Positions 1 through 9,719 of a DNA stretch of 64,000 bases are shown in pieces; position 1 is the stretch's first letter; each line of letters opens with the position of its first letter. The notes below the pieces were generated by a model. It had not been told where the DNA came from. It saw nothing but the letters and a program-made list of their open reading frames with translations, and did no database searches. A program made the position numbers and the translations under genes. Source of the stretch: an uncultured Bifidobacteriaceae bacterium (lineage in GTDB: Bacteria; Actinomycetota; Thermoleophilia; Miltoncostaeales; Miltoncostaeaceae); the NCBI GenBank assembly GCA_964406645.1, contig CAYOSM010000001.1, positions 5,564 through 69,563 on the forward strand, in the 5' to 3' direction.

Positions 1-177
1 GATCTCGGGGTGACCGGTGACCTGGTCCACACTGATGACCTCGAGGCCGGCGTCGCGAAGCGCGGCCGCGGTGCCCCCGGTGGACACGAGCGTGATGCCG
101 AGCGCGGCGAGCCCCTGGGCGAACGGGACGAGGCCGTCCTTGTCCGACACCGACAACAGAGCGCGCTTGACCTTCAT
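1..177 (-). CDS. purH: Bifunctional AICAR transformylase / IMP cyclohydrolase PurH, N-terminal 59 codons only (gene runs off the window start)
   Basis: Minus-strand ATG at 177 immediately after the purN stop (TAA, 178-180). My translation is [59 protein letters not shown], which has the PurH MGS-like N-terminus (SVSDK, STGGTA, TGxPE). Absent from the ORF track because it is truncated. Confidence 0.8.
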   Translation of the reverse strand, partial: MKVKRALLSVSDKDGLVPFAQGLAALGITLVSTGGTAAALRDAGLEVISVDQVTGHPEI

Positions 178-822
178 TTAGGAACCCCCATCTTGGATCA
201 CGACTCGACGCCTCTTCGCGGGATCACGCGAAACCCGCCCCGCGGCGAACAGTGCAACGGCCTGAGGGAGGATCCGATGCTCCACCTCGCGGATCCGCTC
301 TCGCAGCGACTCTACGGAATCGTCGGTGGAGACGAGCACCGGTTCCTGCAGGATCGGCGGTCCGCCGTCCACAACCGGGTCGGCGTAGTGCACGGTCACG
401 CCGGTGTAGCGGACGCCCCACTCCAGGGCCTCGTCGATGGCGTGCATCCCGGGGAACGCCGGGAGCATGGACGGGTGCAGGTTGATGACCCGGTCCGGGA
501 AACGGTCGAGGAAGTCGGGTGTGAGGATGCTCATCCAGCCCGCCAGGACCACGAGCTCGGGACCGGCGGCCGCGACCACGTCGGCCAGCGCGCGGTCGCG
601 CTCCTCGCGGCTCGCGTAGCGCTCACGGTCGACGACCTCGGTGGCGATGCCCGCCGACCGGGCTGCCTCCACCGCCGGAGCGTCGGCCGCCGAGACCACC
701 ACGCGGGTGATGGTCACGGGCGATGACGCGTCCCTGTGGAGCTTGTCGATGAGGGCGATGAGGTTGGTGCCCCGGCCGCTCGCGAGCACGACGACCGGGA
801 AGGACCCGTCAGGCTGAGACAC
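178..822 (-). CDS. purN: Phosphoribosylglycinamide formyltransferase (GAR transformylase)
   Basis: 214-aa ORF with VVVLASGRGTNLIALID and INLHPSMLPAFPGMHA motifs; sits in the pur operon; 14-nt overlap with purM. Confidence 0.9.
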   Translation of the reverse strand: MSQPDGSFPVVVLASGRGTNLIALIDKLHRDASSPVTITRVVVSAADAPAVEAARSAGIATEVVDRERYASREERDRALADVVAAAGPELVVLAGWMSILTPDFLDRFPDRVINLHPSMLPAFPGMHAIDEALEWGVRYTGVTVHYADPVVDGGPPILQEPVLVSTDDSVESLRERIREVEHRILPQAVALFAAGRVSRDPAKRRRVVIQDGGS

Positions 823-1768
823 GGCGGAACCCCTCTCCCCTCTCGATGTGCCCGATGACGGACGCGCCCTCGACGAGGTCCACGACCCGCTCGGCGTCGG
901 CCCGCGGCAGGATCACGCAGAGGCCGATGCCCATGTTGAACGTGTCCCAGGCGTCGTCCTCCGGGACCGCCCCGGTCGCGAGCACGGCCTCGACGGCCGG
1001 GTTGCGCGTCCACGCGGTCGGGTCCACGACGGGACGCAGCCCCTCGGGAAGGACGCGCGGGAGGTTCTCGGGCATGCCGCCGCCGGTGATGTGGGCGATG
1101 GCGTGGAGATCGAGACCGGCCTCCTGGAGGCGCCGGACGTCCTCCGTGTAGAGACGCGTCGGAGTGACGAGGACATCGGGATCGGCCACGAGCGCGCCGT
1201 CGGCGACGAGCCGGCGGACGAGGCTGAAGCCGTTGGAGTGGAGACCGCTCGAGGTGACGCCGACGATGACGTCGCCGTCCACGACGCGGTGGGGTCCCAG
1301 CATGTCGGCGCGATCCACGATGCCGCAGGCGAAACCGGCCGCGTCGAGGTGGTCGTCGGCGACGACGCCGGGGTGCTCGGCCGTCTCGCCCCCCAGGAGG
1401 AGGTAGCCCGTCTCGCGGCAGGCCTGGGCGACGCCCTCCACGAAGGCGCCCGCGATCTCGGGATCGAGCCGGCCGACGGCGAGGTAGTCGAGGAAGAAGA
1501 GCGGGCGCGCTCCGGTGCAGGCCAGGTCGTTGACGCACATGGCGACCAGGTCCTGGCCGAGACCGTCCACCCGGCCGACCGACTGGGCGAGGGCGATCTT
1601 GGTGCCGACGCCGTCGGTGCATCCGACGATCAGGCGGTCGGGGTCACCGGGAAGCTCCATGGCACCGGCGAATCCGAGTCCGCCGGAGACGAGTGACGCG
1701 ATGTTGGCGGTGTGCGCACGGGCGGCCTCGAGGCTGACACCGGAGTCCTCGTAGGTGACGCGCGTCAT
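809..1768 (-). CDS. purM: Phosphoribosylformylglycinamidine cyclo-ligase (AIR synthetase)
   Basis: C-terminal 319 aa of the 595-aa track ORF, starting MTRVTYEDSGVSLEAA; motifs CTDGVGTK and LLGGETAEHPG. The ATG at 1768 overlaps the purF stop (ATGA). The upstream part of the track ORF is an out-of-frame shadow over purF. Confidence 0.88.
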   Translation of the reverse strand: MTRVTYEDSGVSLEAARAHTANIASLVSGGLGFAGAMELPGDPDRLIVGCTDGVGTKIALAQSVGRVDGLGQDLVAMCVNDLACTGARPLFFLDYLAVGRLDPEIAGAFVEGVAQACRETGYLLLGGETAEHPGVVADDHLDAAGFACGIVDRADMLGPHRVVDGDVIVGVTSSGLHSNGFSLVRRLVADGALVADPDVLVTPTRLYTEDVRRLQEAGLDLHAIAHITGGGMPENLPRVLPEGLRPVVDPTAWTRNPAVEAVLATGAVPEDDAWDTFNMGIGLCVILPRADAERVVDLVEGASVIGHIERGEGFRRVSA

Positions 1769-3213
1769 GCGCCGCTCGCCACGCTCTGCGGCGCGTCCTC
1801 GAAGCTGAGCTTGAGCGCCTGACCGGGGACGGGGATCGGGTAGTCGCCGGTGAAGCAGGCGCGGCAGTAGCGCTCGGCGGGAAGGCCCAGCGCGGTCTGC
1901 AGGCCGTCCAGGGAGATGTAGGCGAGGCTGGTGGCGCCCACCTCCTCGCGGATGTTCTCGACCTCGTTGTCGGCGGCGATCAGCTCGTCGCGGGTGGCCA
2001 TGTCGATGCCGTAGAAGCAGGGCCAGCGGACCGGCGGGCTCGAGATCCGCAGGTGCACCTCGATGGCGCCGGCGTCCTCGAACATGCGGATGACCTGCTG
2101 GATGGTCGTGCCGCGCACGATGGAGTCGTCGACGATGACGACGCGCTTGCCGGCGAGGATGCTGGGCAGCGGGTTGAACTTGCGGCGCACGCTGTTGCGG
2201 CGGAGCTGCTGCTCGGGCTGGATGAAGGTGCGGCCGACGTAGCGGCTGCGGACGACGCCCTCCCCGAACGGGATGCCGGACTCGTTCGAGAAGCCGATGG
2301 CCGCGGGCGTGCCGGAGTCGGGCAGACCCACCACCAGATCGGCGTCGACCGGTGCCTCGATCGCGAGCTGACGCCCCATGCGACTGCGCAGGTCCCAGAC
2401 GGCCTGGTTGTCGATGATGCTGTCGGGCCGCGCGAAGTAGATGGTCTCGAAGACGCAGAGCTTGGAGTCGGCCTTGGGCATCGCCTGGATGCTCTCGATA
2501 CCGTCCGGGGTGAGGCGGATGGCCTCGCCGGGGACGACGTCGCGGACGTAGGTGGCGCCGATCTGGTCGAAGGCGCACGTCTCGCTGGCCACGCACCAGC
2601 CGCCGTCCGGAAGCTGCCCGATGGCGAGCGGCCGGACCCCGTACGGGTCGCGGAACGCGATGAGCTCGCTGGATGACAGGGCCACGGCCGAGAAGGCGCC
2701 GGAGAACCGGGGCATGGCCTGGCGCACGGCCTCCAGCAGGTCGCCGTCGGTGCCCGCGAGGGCGGCGACGATGAGCTCGCTGTCGGTGGTGGCGGAGAGG
2801 TCACCGTCCTGCTGCAGATCGCGTCGGAGTGACACCGTGTTGCAGAGATTGCCGTTGTGGCCGAGCGCGATCAGCTCCTGGCCGCGCGTGTGGACCACCG
2901 GCTGGGCGTTGTCCCACTTGTTGGCCCCAGTGGTGGAGTACCGCACGTGCCCGATGGCCATGTCCCCGGTCAGCGTGCGGAGGGTGTTCTCGTCGAAGAC
3001 GTCGGTCACGAGGCCGAGGTCGCGGAACACGGTGACGTGCCCCTGCTCGGCGACGGCGATCCCCGCGCTCTCCTGGCCGCGGTGCTGCATCGCCATGAGG
3101 GCGAAGAAGGTGATGCGCGCGACGTCACGTCCCGGTGCCACGACACCGAAGACGCCGCACTCCTCCTTGGGCTCGTCGTCGCGGGTCTCGTCGTGATCCA
3201 AACCGATGGTCAT
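1765..3213 (-). CDS. purF: Amidophosphoribosyltransferase
   Basis: 482 aa; short propeptide then CGVFGVV (Ntn Cys), HRGQESAG, and the PRTase loop VVIVDDSIVRGTT; a C-terminal Cys cluster (CFYGID, CRACFTGDYP) is consistent with an Fe-S type PurF. Confidence 0.93.
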   Translation of the reverse strand: MTIGLDHDETRDDEPKEECGVFGVVAPGRDVARITFFALMAMQHRGQESAGIAVAEQGHVTVFRDLGLVTDVFDENTLRTLTGDMAIGHVRYSTTGANKWDNAQPVVHTRGQELIALGHNGNLCNTVSLRRDLQQDGDLSATTDSELIVAALAGTDGDLLEAVRQAMPRFSGAFSAVALSSSELIAFRDPYGVRPLAIGQLPDGGWCVASETCAFDQIGATYVRDVVPGEAIRLTPDGIESIQAMPKADSKLCVFETIYFARPDSIIDNQAVWDLRSRMGRQLAIEAPVDADLVVGLPDSGTPAAIGFSNESGIPFGEGVVRSRYVGRTFIQPEQQLRRNSVRRKFNPLPSILAGKRVVIVDDSIVRGTTIQQVIRMFEDAGAIEVHLRISSPPVRWPCFYGIDMATRDELIAADNEVENIREEVGATSLAYISLDGLQTALGLPAERYCRACFTGDYPIPVPGQALKLSFEDAPQSVASGA

Positions 3214-5387
3214 CGAAGTGCGTCCGGGATCGCGTTTTCGTACGCCTTGCGTGCGCCTGTAACCGTAAGGATGACGGATGTCGCCCCGGCGTGCACGGTG
3301 AGCTCATCGCCGCCGACCGTTCCGATCTCGCGGACGGCCACGTCACCTGCCCGGGAGCGGATGTCGGCGACGGCGTCGGGGGCCGCCGTGAGGAGGATGC
3401 GCCCGCCGGACTCGCCGAAGAGCTGGACGTCCGCGCGGACGTCGTCGTCGAGGCTGACGGTGGCACCGAGTGAGCCGGCCACGGCCGACTCGGCGAGGCT
3501 GACGGCGAGCCCTCCCTGCGACACGTCGTGGGCGGAGCGGACGAGCCCGGAGCGGACGGCGTCGGCCACGAAGCGGCAGAGGGCGACCTCCGCGTCGATG
3601 TCCGGCGCGTCGGGGCGACCCTCGGCGCGGCCGAGGTACTCGCTGGCGTCGAGCCGCGGCTCACCGGATCCGACGAGCAGGATGACGTCGCCCTCCGCGA
3701 CGAACGCGTGACCGGTCGTGGCGGAGGCGTCATCCAGGACGCCGACCATGCCGACGACGGGGGTCGGGTAGATCATCCGCTCGGCGCTCTCGTTGTAGAG
3801 CGAGACGTTGCCCGACACGACCGGGGTGCCGAGCGCGCGGCAGGCGTCGGCCATGCCGGCGATGGCCTGCGCCAGACGCCAGCCGGTGTGGCCCTTCTCG
3901 GGGTTCGGGAAGTTGAGGCAGTTGGTGATGGCCGCCGGGGTCCCGCCGACGCAGGCGACGTTGCGGGCGGCCTCCAGCACGCCGGCCGCACCACCGGCGC
4001 GGGGGTCGACCTGGCAGTGACGCTCGGCGCAGTCGGTCGTCAGGGCGAGACCGGTCCGGGTTCCGGGGACGCGGATGACGGCCGCGTCGCCGCCGGGACG
4101 GACCACGGTGTTCGCGCCGACGAGGTGGTCGTACTGCTCGTAGACCCAGCGCTTGCTCGCGATGGTGGGCGTGGAGAGGAGGCCGGTCCAGGCCGCCGCG
4201 AGGTCGTCGGGCTGGGGCACCGTCGCCGGGTCGATCGGGTCCGGAAGCGGCGCGGGGGTCTGGGGGACCTCATAGACGGGGGCGTCGTCCGCGAGGAGGC
4301 GCGCGGGGATGTCCACCACGACCTCGCCGTCGTAGACCGCGACGAGCGCGTCGCCCTCGGTGACCTCGCCGATGTCGGTGGCGTCCAGATCGTGCTCGGT
4401 GCAGAGCGCGATCGCGGCGTCGACGTCGTCGGGGGTGACGACGGCGAGCATCCGCTCCTGGCTCTCCGACACGAGGATCTCGGCCGGGGTCATGCCCTCC
4501 TCGCGGAGCGGGACCCGGTCGAGGTCGATGCGAAGACCGACGCCGCCCTTGCTGGCCATCTCGCTGGAGCTCGACGTGAGGCCGGCGGCTCCGAGGTCCT
4601 GGAGGGCGACAAGGAGTCCGCGGTCCGCGAGGGCCTGGCAGCAGTCCATGAGCTTGCGCTCGGTGAACGGGTCGCTGACCTGCACCGAGGGGCGCTTGTC
4701 CTCGTCGTGGGAGAACTCGGCACTGGCGAGGACGCTGGCACCGCCGATGCCGTCCTTGCCGGTGCGGTTGCCGAAGAGGATCAGCCGGTTGCCGACGCCC
4801 TCGGCGGCCGCGCGCAGGATGCGGTCGGCCGGCAGGACGCCGACGCACATGGCGTTGACGAGGCATGAGTCCTCGTAGACGGGGTCGAAGCCGACCTCGC
4901 CGCCCACGGTGGGGATGCCGATGCAGTTGCCGTAGTGGCCGATGCCCTCCACCGCGCGGCGGAAGAGGTGGCGGCTGCGGTTGCTCCCGAGACTTCCGAA
5001 GCGCAGCGAGTCGAGCAGCGCGATGGGCTTGGCGCCCATGGCGAGGATGTCGCGGATGATGCCGCCGACGCCGGTGGCCGCACCCTCGAACGGCTCGACG
5101 GCGGACGGGTGGTTGTGGCTCTCGATCTTGAACGTGATCGCGAGTCCGTCGCCGATGTCGATGGCGCCGGCGTTCTCGCCCGGCCCCTGCAGCACGGCCG
5201 GTCCCTCGGTGGGGAATCCCCGCAGGAGCGGCTTGGAGTGCTTGTAGGAGCAGTGTTCGCTCCACATCAGGCTGAACATGACGAGCTCGGGGCCGGTGGG
5301 TTCACGGCCGAGGAGCTCGGGGATGCGGTCGTTCTCCCAGTCGGTGAGGCCGAGCTGGCGGTGGAGGGGCGTGGTGTCGGTGCTCAT
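3210..5387 (-). CDS. purL: Phosphoribosylformylglycinamidine synthase subunit PurL
   Basis: Track ORF 3210..5579. The likely start is M65 (MSTDTTPLHRQLGLTDWE) at 5387, overlapping the purQ stop (ATGA). Motifs EHCSYKHSK and ESHNHPSAVEPFEGAATGVGG. Confidence 0.9.
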   Translation of the reverse strand: MSTDTTPLHRQLGLTDWENDRIPELLGREPTGPELVMFSLMWSEHCSYKHSKPLLRGFPTEGPAVLQGPGENAGAIDIGDGLAITFKIESHNHPSAVEPFEGAATGVGGIIRDILAMGAKPIALLDSLRFGSLGSNRSRHLFRRAVEGIGHYGNCIGIPTVGGEVGFDPVYEDSCLVNAMCVGVLPADRILRAAAEGVGNRLILFGNRTGKDGIGGASVLASAEFSHDEDKRPSVQVSDPFTERKLMDCCQALADRGLLVALQDLGAAGLTSSSSEMASKGGVGLRIDLDRVPLREEGMTPAEILVSESQERMLAVVTPDDVDAAIALCTEHDLDATDIGEVTEGDALVAVYDGEVVVDIPARLLADDAPVYEVPQTPAPLPDPIDPATVPQPDDLAAAWTGLLSTPTIASKRWVYEQYDHLVGANTVVRPGGDAAVIRVPGTRTGLALTTDCAERHCQVDPRAGGAAGVLEAARNVACVGGTPAAITNCLNFPNPEKGHTGWRLAQAIAGMADACRALGTPVVSGNVSLYNESAERMIYPTPVVGMVGVLDDASATTGHAFVAEGDVILLVGSGEPRLDASEYLGRAEGRPDAPDIDAEVALCRFVADAVRSGLVRSAHDVSQGGLAVSLAESAVAGSLGATVSLDDDVRADVQLFGESGGRILLTAAPDAVADIRSRAGDVAVREIGTVGGDELTVHAGATSVILTVTGARKAYENAIPDALR

Positions 5388-6055
5388 GCGGCCACCGCGG
5401 ATCCGGAGATGAGGCCGCCCATGATGACGCGTCCGTCGGCCGAGCCGAGGAGGTCCTCGCAGGCCATCTCCGGGTGCGGCATGAGGCCCATCACGTTGCC
5501 CTCCACGTTGGCGATGCCGGCGACGCGGTCCTGCGAGCCGTTGGGGTTCTCGCCGCGGTACCGGAAGACGATGCGGCATGCGTCGGCGTCACCCTGCCAG
5601 GCGCCGTCGTGATGCTTGATGGGGACCGACAGCGTCTCGCCGCTCGCGTGCCCGCCCGTCCACGGCGTGGCGTCGTCCACGATCGCGAGGGTGGCCTGAC
5701 GGCAGATGAACGCCTGCGTGTCGTTGGGCCGGAGCACGCCCGGAAGGAGCCCGGACTCGCAGAGGATCTGGAAGCCGTTGCAGATGCCCAGCACCGGGCC
5801 ACCACTCTCGGCGAACGTGCGGACGGCGTCCATGATGGGGGCGCGACTGGCGATGGCCCCGCAGCGCAGGTGGTCTCCGTAGGAGAAGCCCCCCGGGAGG
5901 ACCACGGCGGCGGTGTCCTCGGGAAGCGAGGCGTCGCGGTGCGAGACGATGGTCACCCTGTGGGACTCGCGGGCGATCTCGTCCATGACGCGGGTGGCGG
6001 CCTCGTGGTCGAGGGAGCCCGGGAAGTGGATGACGGTGACGGTGGGTGTGCTCAC
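5384..6055 (-). CDS. purQ: Phosphoribosylformylglycinamidine synthase glutaminase subunit PurQ
   Basis: In-frame GTG at 6055 (VSTPTVTVIHFPGS) gives 223 aa; GGFSYGD, LGICNGFQ (catalytic Cys) and GLMPHPE motifs. The N-terminal 100 aa of the track ORF are Arg/Pro-rich shadow. Confidence 0.88.
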   Translation of the reverse strand: MSTPTVTVIHFPGSLDHEAATRVMDEIARESHRVTIVSHRDASLPEDTAAVVLPGGFSYGDHLRCGAIASRAPIMDAVRTFAESGGPVLGICNGFQILCESGLLPGVLRPNDTQAFICRQATLAIVDDATPWTGGHASGETLSVPIKHHDGAWQGDADACRIVFRYRGENPNGSQDRVAGIANVEGNVMGLMPHPEMACEDLLGSADGRVIMGGLISGSAVAA

Positions 6056-6057
6056 GG

Positions 6058-6303
6058 TCAGCCCCGCACCTCGATCTCGTAGTCCTCGACCAGCCTGTTG
6101 ACGAGGAGCCGTTCGCACATCTGGCGGGCCTCGCCCTCCGGGTCGTCGCCCGAGAGGTCGAGGACGATCTGCTTGCCGATGCGCACGTCGGTGACGTCGT
6201 CGAATCCCATGGTGTGGAGCGCGCGCACGACGGTCTGACCCTGCGGGTCCAGAATCTCCGCGCGCGGCATGACGGTGACGACGACTCGGGTCATTCGGTG
6301 CAC
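6058..6303 (-). CDS. purS: Phosphoribosylformylglycinamidine synthase subunit PurS
   Basis: 81-aa ORF (possibly starting at MTRVVV, 6294) with VMPRAEILDPQGQTVVRAL, typical of PurS; lies between purC and purQ. Confidence 0.85.
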   Translation of the reverse strand: MHRMTRVVVTVMPRAEILDPQGQTVVRALHTMGFDDVTDVRIGKQIVLDLSGDDPEGEARQMCERLLVNRLVEDYEIEVRG

Positions 6304-7166
6304 TCCTGGATCCAGCTGTCGAGTGTGCGGCCGGTGAGCCGCTCGTTGGCTTCAAGGTAACGGTTGCGGGTGCCGGTGACGACGTCCGGCGGAAGGGCGG
6401 GCGCGGGCGGCGTGTGGTCCCACCCGGACGCGTCCAGCCAGTCGCGCAGGTACTGCTTGTCGAACGAGGGCGGGCTGGTGCCGACGGCGTACTCGTCGGC
6501 CGGCCAGAACCGGGACGAGTCGGGGGTGGCGACCTCGTCCCCGATGGTGAGGACCCCGTTCTCGTCGCGACCGAGCTCGAACTTGGTGTCGGCCAGGATG
6601 ATCCCCGCCTCCTCCGCGCGCGCCGCGACGTGCTCGTAGAGGGCGATGGAGATGCGCTCGGCCTCCTCGAGCGTCTCGCGTCCCACGATGTCGGCGGCCT
6701 CGTCGCGGGTGATGTTCTCGTCGTGCCCCGTCTGGGCCTTGGTGGCGGGGGTGAAGATGGGCTCGGGCAACCGTTCGGACTGCCGCAGCCCGGCGGGGAG
6801 GACGTGGCCGCACACGGTATCTTTTGCCGTGTAGTCGCGCCAGCCGCTTCCGGAGAGGTAGCCGCGCACCACGCACTCGATGGGGAGCATGTCGAGCCTC
6901 TTCACCACCATCGACCGGCCGGCCAGGTCGTCCCCGGCCTCGGCGGGCATGTCGCGCACGTGGGTGCTGACGAGGTGGTTCGGCGCGATGTGGCCGGTCT
7001 CCGCGAACCAGTGGGCGGAGACGGCGGTGAGCACCCGGCCCTTGTCGGGTATGGGTGTCGGCATCACGACGTCGTAGGCGCTGATGCGATCGCTGGTGAC
7101 GATGAGCAGGCGGTCGCCGCCGAGGTCGTGAACGTCACGGACCTTGCCCTGGAGAAGGAGGCGCAC
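6291..7166 (-). CDS. purC: SAICAR synthetase
   Basis: LLLQGKVRDVHDLG and VTSDRISAYDVVMPT motifs. The start is uncertain: GTG at 7166 gives 291 aa, and the track ORF extends to 7322 through Arg-rich sequence. Confidence 0.85.
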   Translation of the reverse strand: MRLLLQGKVRDVHDLGGDRLLIVTSDRISAYDVVMPTPIPDKGRVLTAVSAHWFAETGHIAPNHLVSTHVRDMPAEAGDDLAGRSMVVKRLDMLPIECVVRGYLSGSGWRDYTAKDTVCGHVLPAGLRQSERLPEPIFTPATKAQTGHDENITRDEAADIVGRETLEEAERISIALYEHVAARAEEAGIILADTKFELGRDENGVLTIGDEVATPDSSRFWPADEYAVGTSPPSFDKQYLRDWLDASGWDHTPPAPALPPDVVTGTRNRYLEANERLTGRTLDSWIQECTE

Positions 7167-7411
7167 TCCCCGGAGTCTACCGGTCCCGCGTCGCCTCCAA
7201 AGTTGGTGACGATGGGAGCAAAGCCGGTGTGCGCGGCGGTGTCGACGCTCCTCGCCGCAGGTGTGGACTCCTCCCGCGCCACGTGCATGACGAGAGCTCG
7301 TTCTCGGTCTCCGGCACTCCACGGTCCTGAGGCCATCCGAGCCCGGAGCCGCGGGCTTCTTCCCCGTGCGGCGGACGCCGCCGCCACCGAATCACACCGC
7401 GACGCGAGGAG

Positions 7412-8335
7412 TCACACGGCGGAATCCTCCAGCCAGCCCTCGCTGCGGGCGAGCTCACGGATGACCGTGACGGCGTCCTCCACCACGGACGACGTGGCGT
7501 CGGCGTTCGTGACGAGGCAGATGTCGATGCGGGCGTCGGGGTCCCGGATCGGCAGGTGCGTCACCCCCTCCCATGTCAGCGAGGCCATGGAGACCGGACC
7601 GAGGAACAGCTCGCCCGGGTGCCGGCGGAGGTGGGCCAGGAGCGGCTCCCGGCTCTCCGGGCGCGACAGCACGACCTGCGTCGGGGTGAATCCCCGGGCG
7701 GTGCACAGACGGGCGGCGAGTCCGTGGAAGCCCGGGGCCAGGTCGGCGGGGACCACGAGGATGGTCTCGTCGCGCAGATCGTCGACCGCGAGGTCCCCCC
7801 GGCCCGCGAGATGGTGTCCGGTGCTCATGAACGCCGCCAGCGGTTCGCGGCGGATCACCTCGGTCACGAGGCCCGGCTCCCCCGGGAACTCGCGCATCAG
7901 CACGATGTCGGTTGCGCCGCTTCGTACATCCTCCAGAGCCTGCACGGACCAGGCGCGGCTGGTGAGCACGTCCGGCGACGGCCCGTCGGCGAGCCGGTCG
8001 AGGATGCGTGGAAGGGCGTCGTACGCGGTGCTGGCGGTGTAGGTGAGCCGGATCGGCGATGCGTCCGCACCGCGATCGCGCCGGGCGTGGGCGACGGCGC
8101 GGTCGAGCCCGTCGAGCACGGCGGTGATGTCGTCGTGAAACCGCCGACCGGTCTCGGTCAGTTCGACGGAACGGCTCGAGCGACGCAGCAGCTCGACGCC
8201 GAGGGCACGTTCGAGGGACCGGATCTGCACGCTCAGGGCGGGCTGCGAGACGTGGAGGAGCTCGGCCGCACGCGTGAAGTTGAGCTGCTCCGCGACGACC
8301 GCGAAGTAGCGCAGCTGCTTGAGCGTCACATCCAT
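7412..8335 (-). CDS. LysR-family transcriptional regulator
   Basis: N-terminal HTH LKQLRYFAVVAEQLNFTRAAELLHVSQPALSVQIRSLE; 307 aa, typical LysR length; divergent from the methyltransferase gene. Confidence 0.9.
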   Translation of the reverse strand: MDVTLKQLRYFAVVAEQLNFTRAAELLHVSQPALSVQIRSLERALGVELLRRSSRSVELTETGRRFHDDITAVLDGLDRAVAHARRDRGADASPIRLTYTASTAYDALPRILDRLADGPSPDVLTSRAWSVQALEDVRSGATDIVLMREFPGEPGLVTEVIRREPLAAFMSTGHHLAGRGDLAVDDLRDETILVVPADLAPGFHGLAARLCTARGFTPTQVVLSRPESREPLLAHLRRHPGELFLGPVSMASLTWEGVTHLPIRDPDARIDICLVTNADATSSVVEDAVTVIRELARSEGWLEDSAV

Positions 8336-8546
8336 AAGCGCACGTTATCGATCCATTCGCACTCCGTCTTGGACACCCGCACCGATGCGCCATACCGTGA
8401 GTCATGTCCCGCCAGCCGGGGGACACGCCGCCCGCGAGGCACCGTCAGGTGCGGACGGCGTCACCCGCGCGGTGCCGGCCGCCTCGCGCATCGGGCGCGG
8501 GCCCCGTCGCCGCGAATGCCACGGTCCACGCAGGAGGCCGATCACC

Positions 8547-9368
8547 ATGACGCACACACAGACGGGCGTTGACTACTCCGAGGTCCATCGGATCGACAGC
8601 CCGGCCAACCGCGTGCTTCGCGCCGACATCTGGCCGGCGGGACAGGATCTGGGTCAGCAGTCGTTCGCCACCCTGAAGTACTTCGACGACATCGCCGACC
8701 GCCTCGCCCTCGACGGGACCACCCGCGTCCTCGATCTGGGGAGCGGCACGGGCGGGCCGGCGATCTACATCTCCGAGCGCAGCGGATGCCGGATGACCGG
8801 ACTCGAGGTGAACCAGGTCGGCATCGACGTCGCTGAGCGCATGGTGGCCGCCGCGGACATCGGGGACCGCGTCGACTTCGTACTGGCCGACGGCATGGAC
8901 ATGCCCTTCGACGACGACGCGTTCGATGTCGTCATCAGCATGAACGTGCTGAACGTGTTCGCCGACAAGGTCGCCCTGCTCCGGGCGGTCCGGCGCGTGC
9001 TGCGGCCCGGAGGTGTCTTCGCGTTCCTGTCGGGCACCTTCGAATGGGGACCCGACGACGACGCGAGCCGGAAGATGATCGAGACCGGCTACGCCATCCC
9101 GCAGTACACCGACAGCCTGGCGAGCTACAAGACCAAGCTGGCCGAGGCCGGATTCGTGGTCGACGAAGTCGTCGAGTACATCAGCGACTTCGGCCGGCAG
9201 ATGCGCCGCTGGCGTGACGGCTGGACGACGCATCGGGACATCCTGGCGGAGGAGCAGGGTGCCAAGCAGACCGACCACCACATCGATTACTTCAACGTGT
9301 ACCTGGCGCTCGTGGAGTCCGGAAAGGCGTCGAACCACCTGATCATCTCGCACCGGCCGGAGGACTGA
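8547..9368 (+). CDS. Class I SAM-dependent methyltransferase
   Basis: ATG at 8547 preceded by CAGGAGG (8531-8537); motif I VLDLGSGTGGPAIYI and post-I/II DVVISMNVL, LRPGGVF. The upstream part of the track ORF (from 8319) is probably not translated. Confidence 0.85.
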   Translation: MTHTQTGVDYSEVHRIDSPANRVLRADIWPAGQDLGQQSFATLKYFDDIADRLALDGTTRVLDLGSGTGGPAIYISERSGCRMTGLEVNQVGIDVAERMVAAADIGDRVDFVLADGMDMPFDDDAFDVVISMNVLNVFADKVALLRAVRRVLRPGGVFAFLSGTFEWGPDDDASRKMIETGYAIPQYTDSLASYKTKLAEAGFVVDEVVEYISDFGRQMRRWRDGWTTHRDILAEEQGAKQTDHHIDYFNVYLALVESGKASNHLIISHRPED

Positions 9369-9657
9369 CACGAGCCGGTGCCCGGTGTCGCGTCACGTCG
9401 GGTGCGCGGTACGGGGCGGGGCCACGAGTGGCGATCGCCGCGACGGCTGCGACGTATCGCGCTGGGTGCCGGCCACCGGGCGCGACATCGCGCCCTCTTC
9501 ATCCGGTGTCACGCGAGCGGCGATGCACCCGTAAATCCGGAGCGCCCCACTACGAGCGGCGCTCCGTGTCAGGCACCCGGTGCTGCATGCCCGGCGGCGG
9601 CCCGAACCCCGAGAGACGGCTCGTCGAGATACCCGGCGCGCAAACCTGCCGACACAA

Positions 9658-9694
9658 GCCCGCGTCAAGTTAAGTGCCAGGCACCGGGCTTGAC
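9658..9694. repeat. 37-nt intergenic repeat, copy A (GCCCGCGTCAAGTTAAGTGCCAGGCACCGGGCTTGAC)
   Basis: 35 of 37 nt identical to 11799-11835, same orientation. Terminal inverted hexamers GTCAAG/CTTGAC and an inner GTGCC-A-GGCAC palindrome. Lies 3' of the minus-strand SBP gene. Confidence 0.8.
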
Positions 9695-9719
9695 GCAGCC
9701 CGGTGACGGCCCCTCGGTG

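Noticed and set aside
809-2596. 595-aa track ORF read as a single gene
   Set aside because: Only the last 319 aa (from MTRVTYEDSG at 1768) look like PurM. The N-terminal Arg/Pro/His-rich part overlaps purF in another frame and is a typical high-GC shadow.
714-8426. Many long Arg/Pro/Gly-rich ORFs opposite or out of frame to the pur and LysR genes (e.g. 714-1622, 4270-5265, 5384-6355 N-terminus, 6414-8042, 7455-8426)
   Set aside because: Low-complexity composition, complete overlap with well-supported genes and no motifs. These are the expected stop-codon-poor frames of GC-rich DNA.
9664-9680. Sigma-54-like -24/-12 element (minus strand CTGGCAC-TTAAC-TTGA) inside the 37-nt repeat
   Set aside because: The -12 GC is replaced by GA. 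Actinomycetota generally lack RpoN and no enhancer-binding protein is nearby. Treated as coincidental resemblance.
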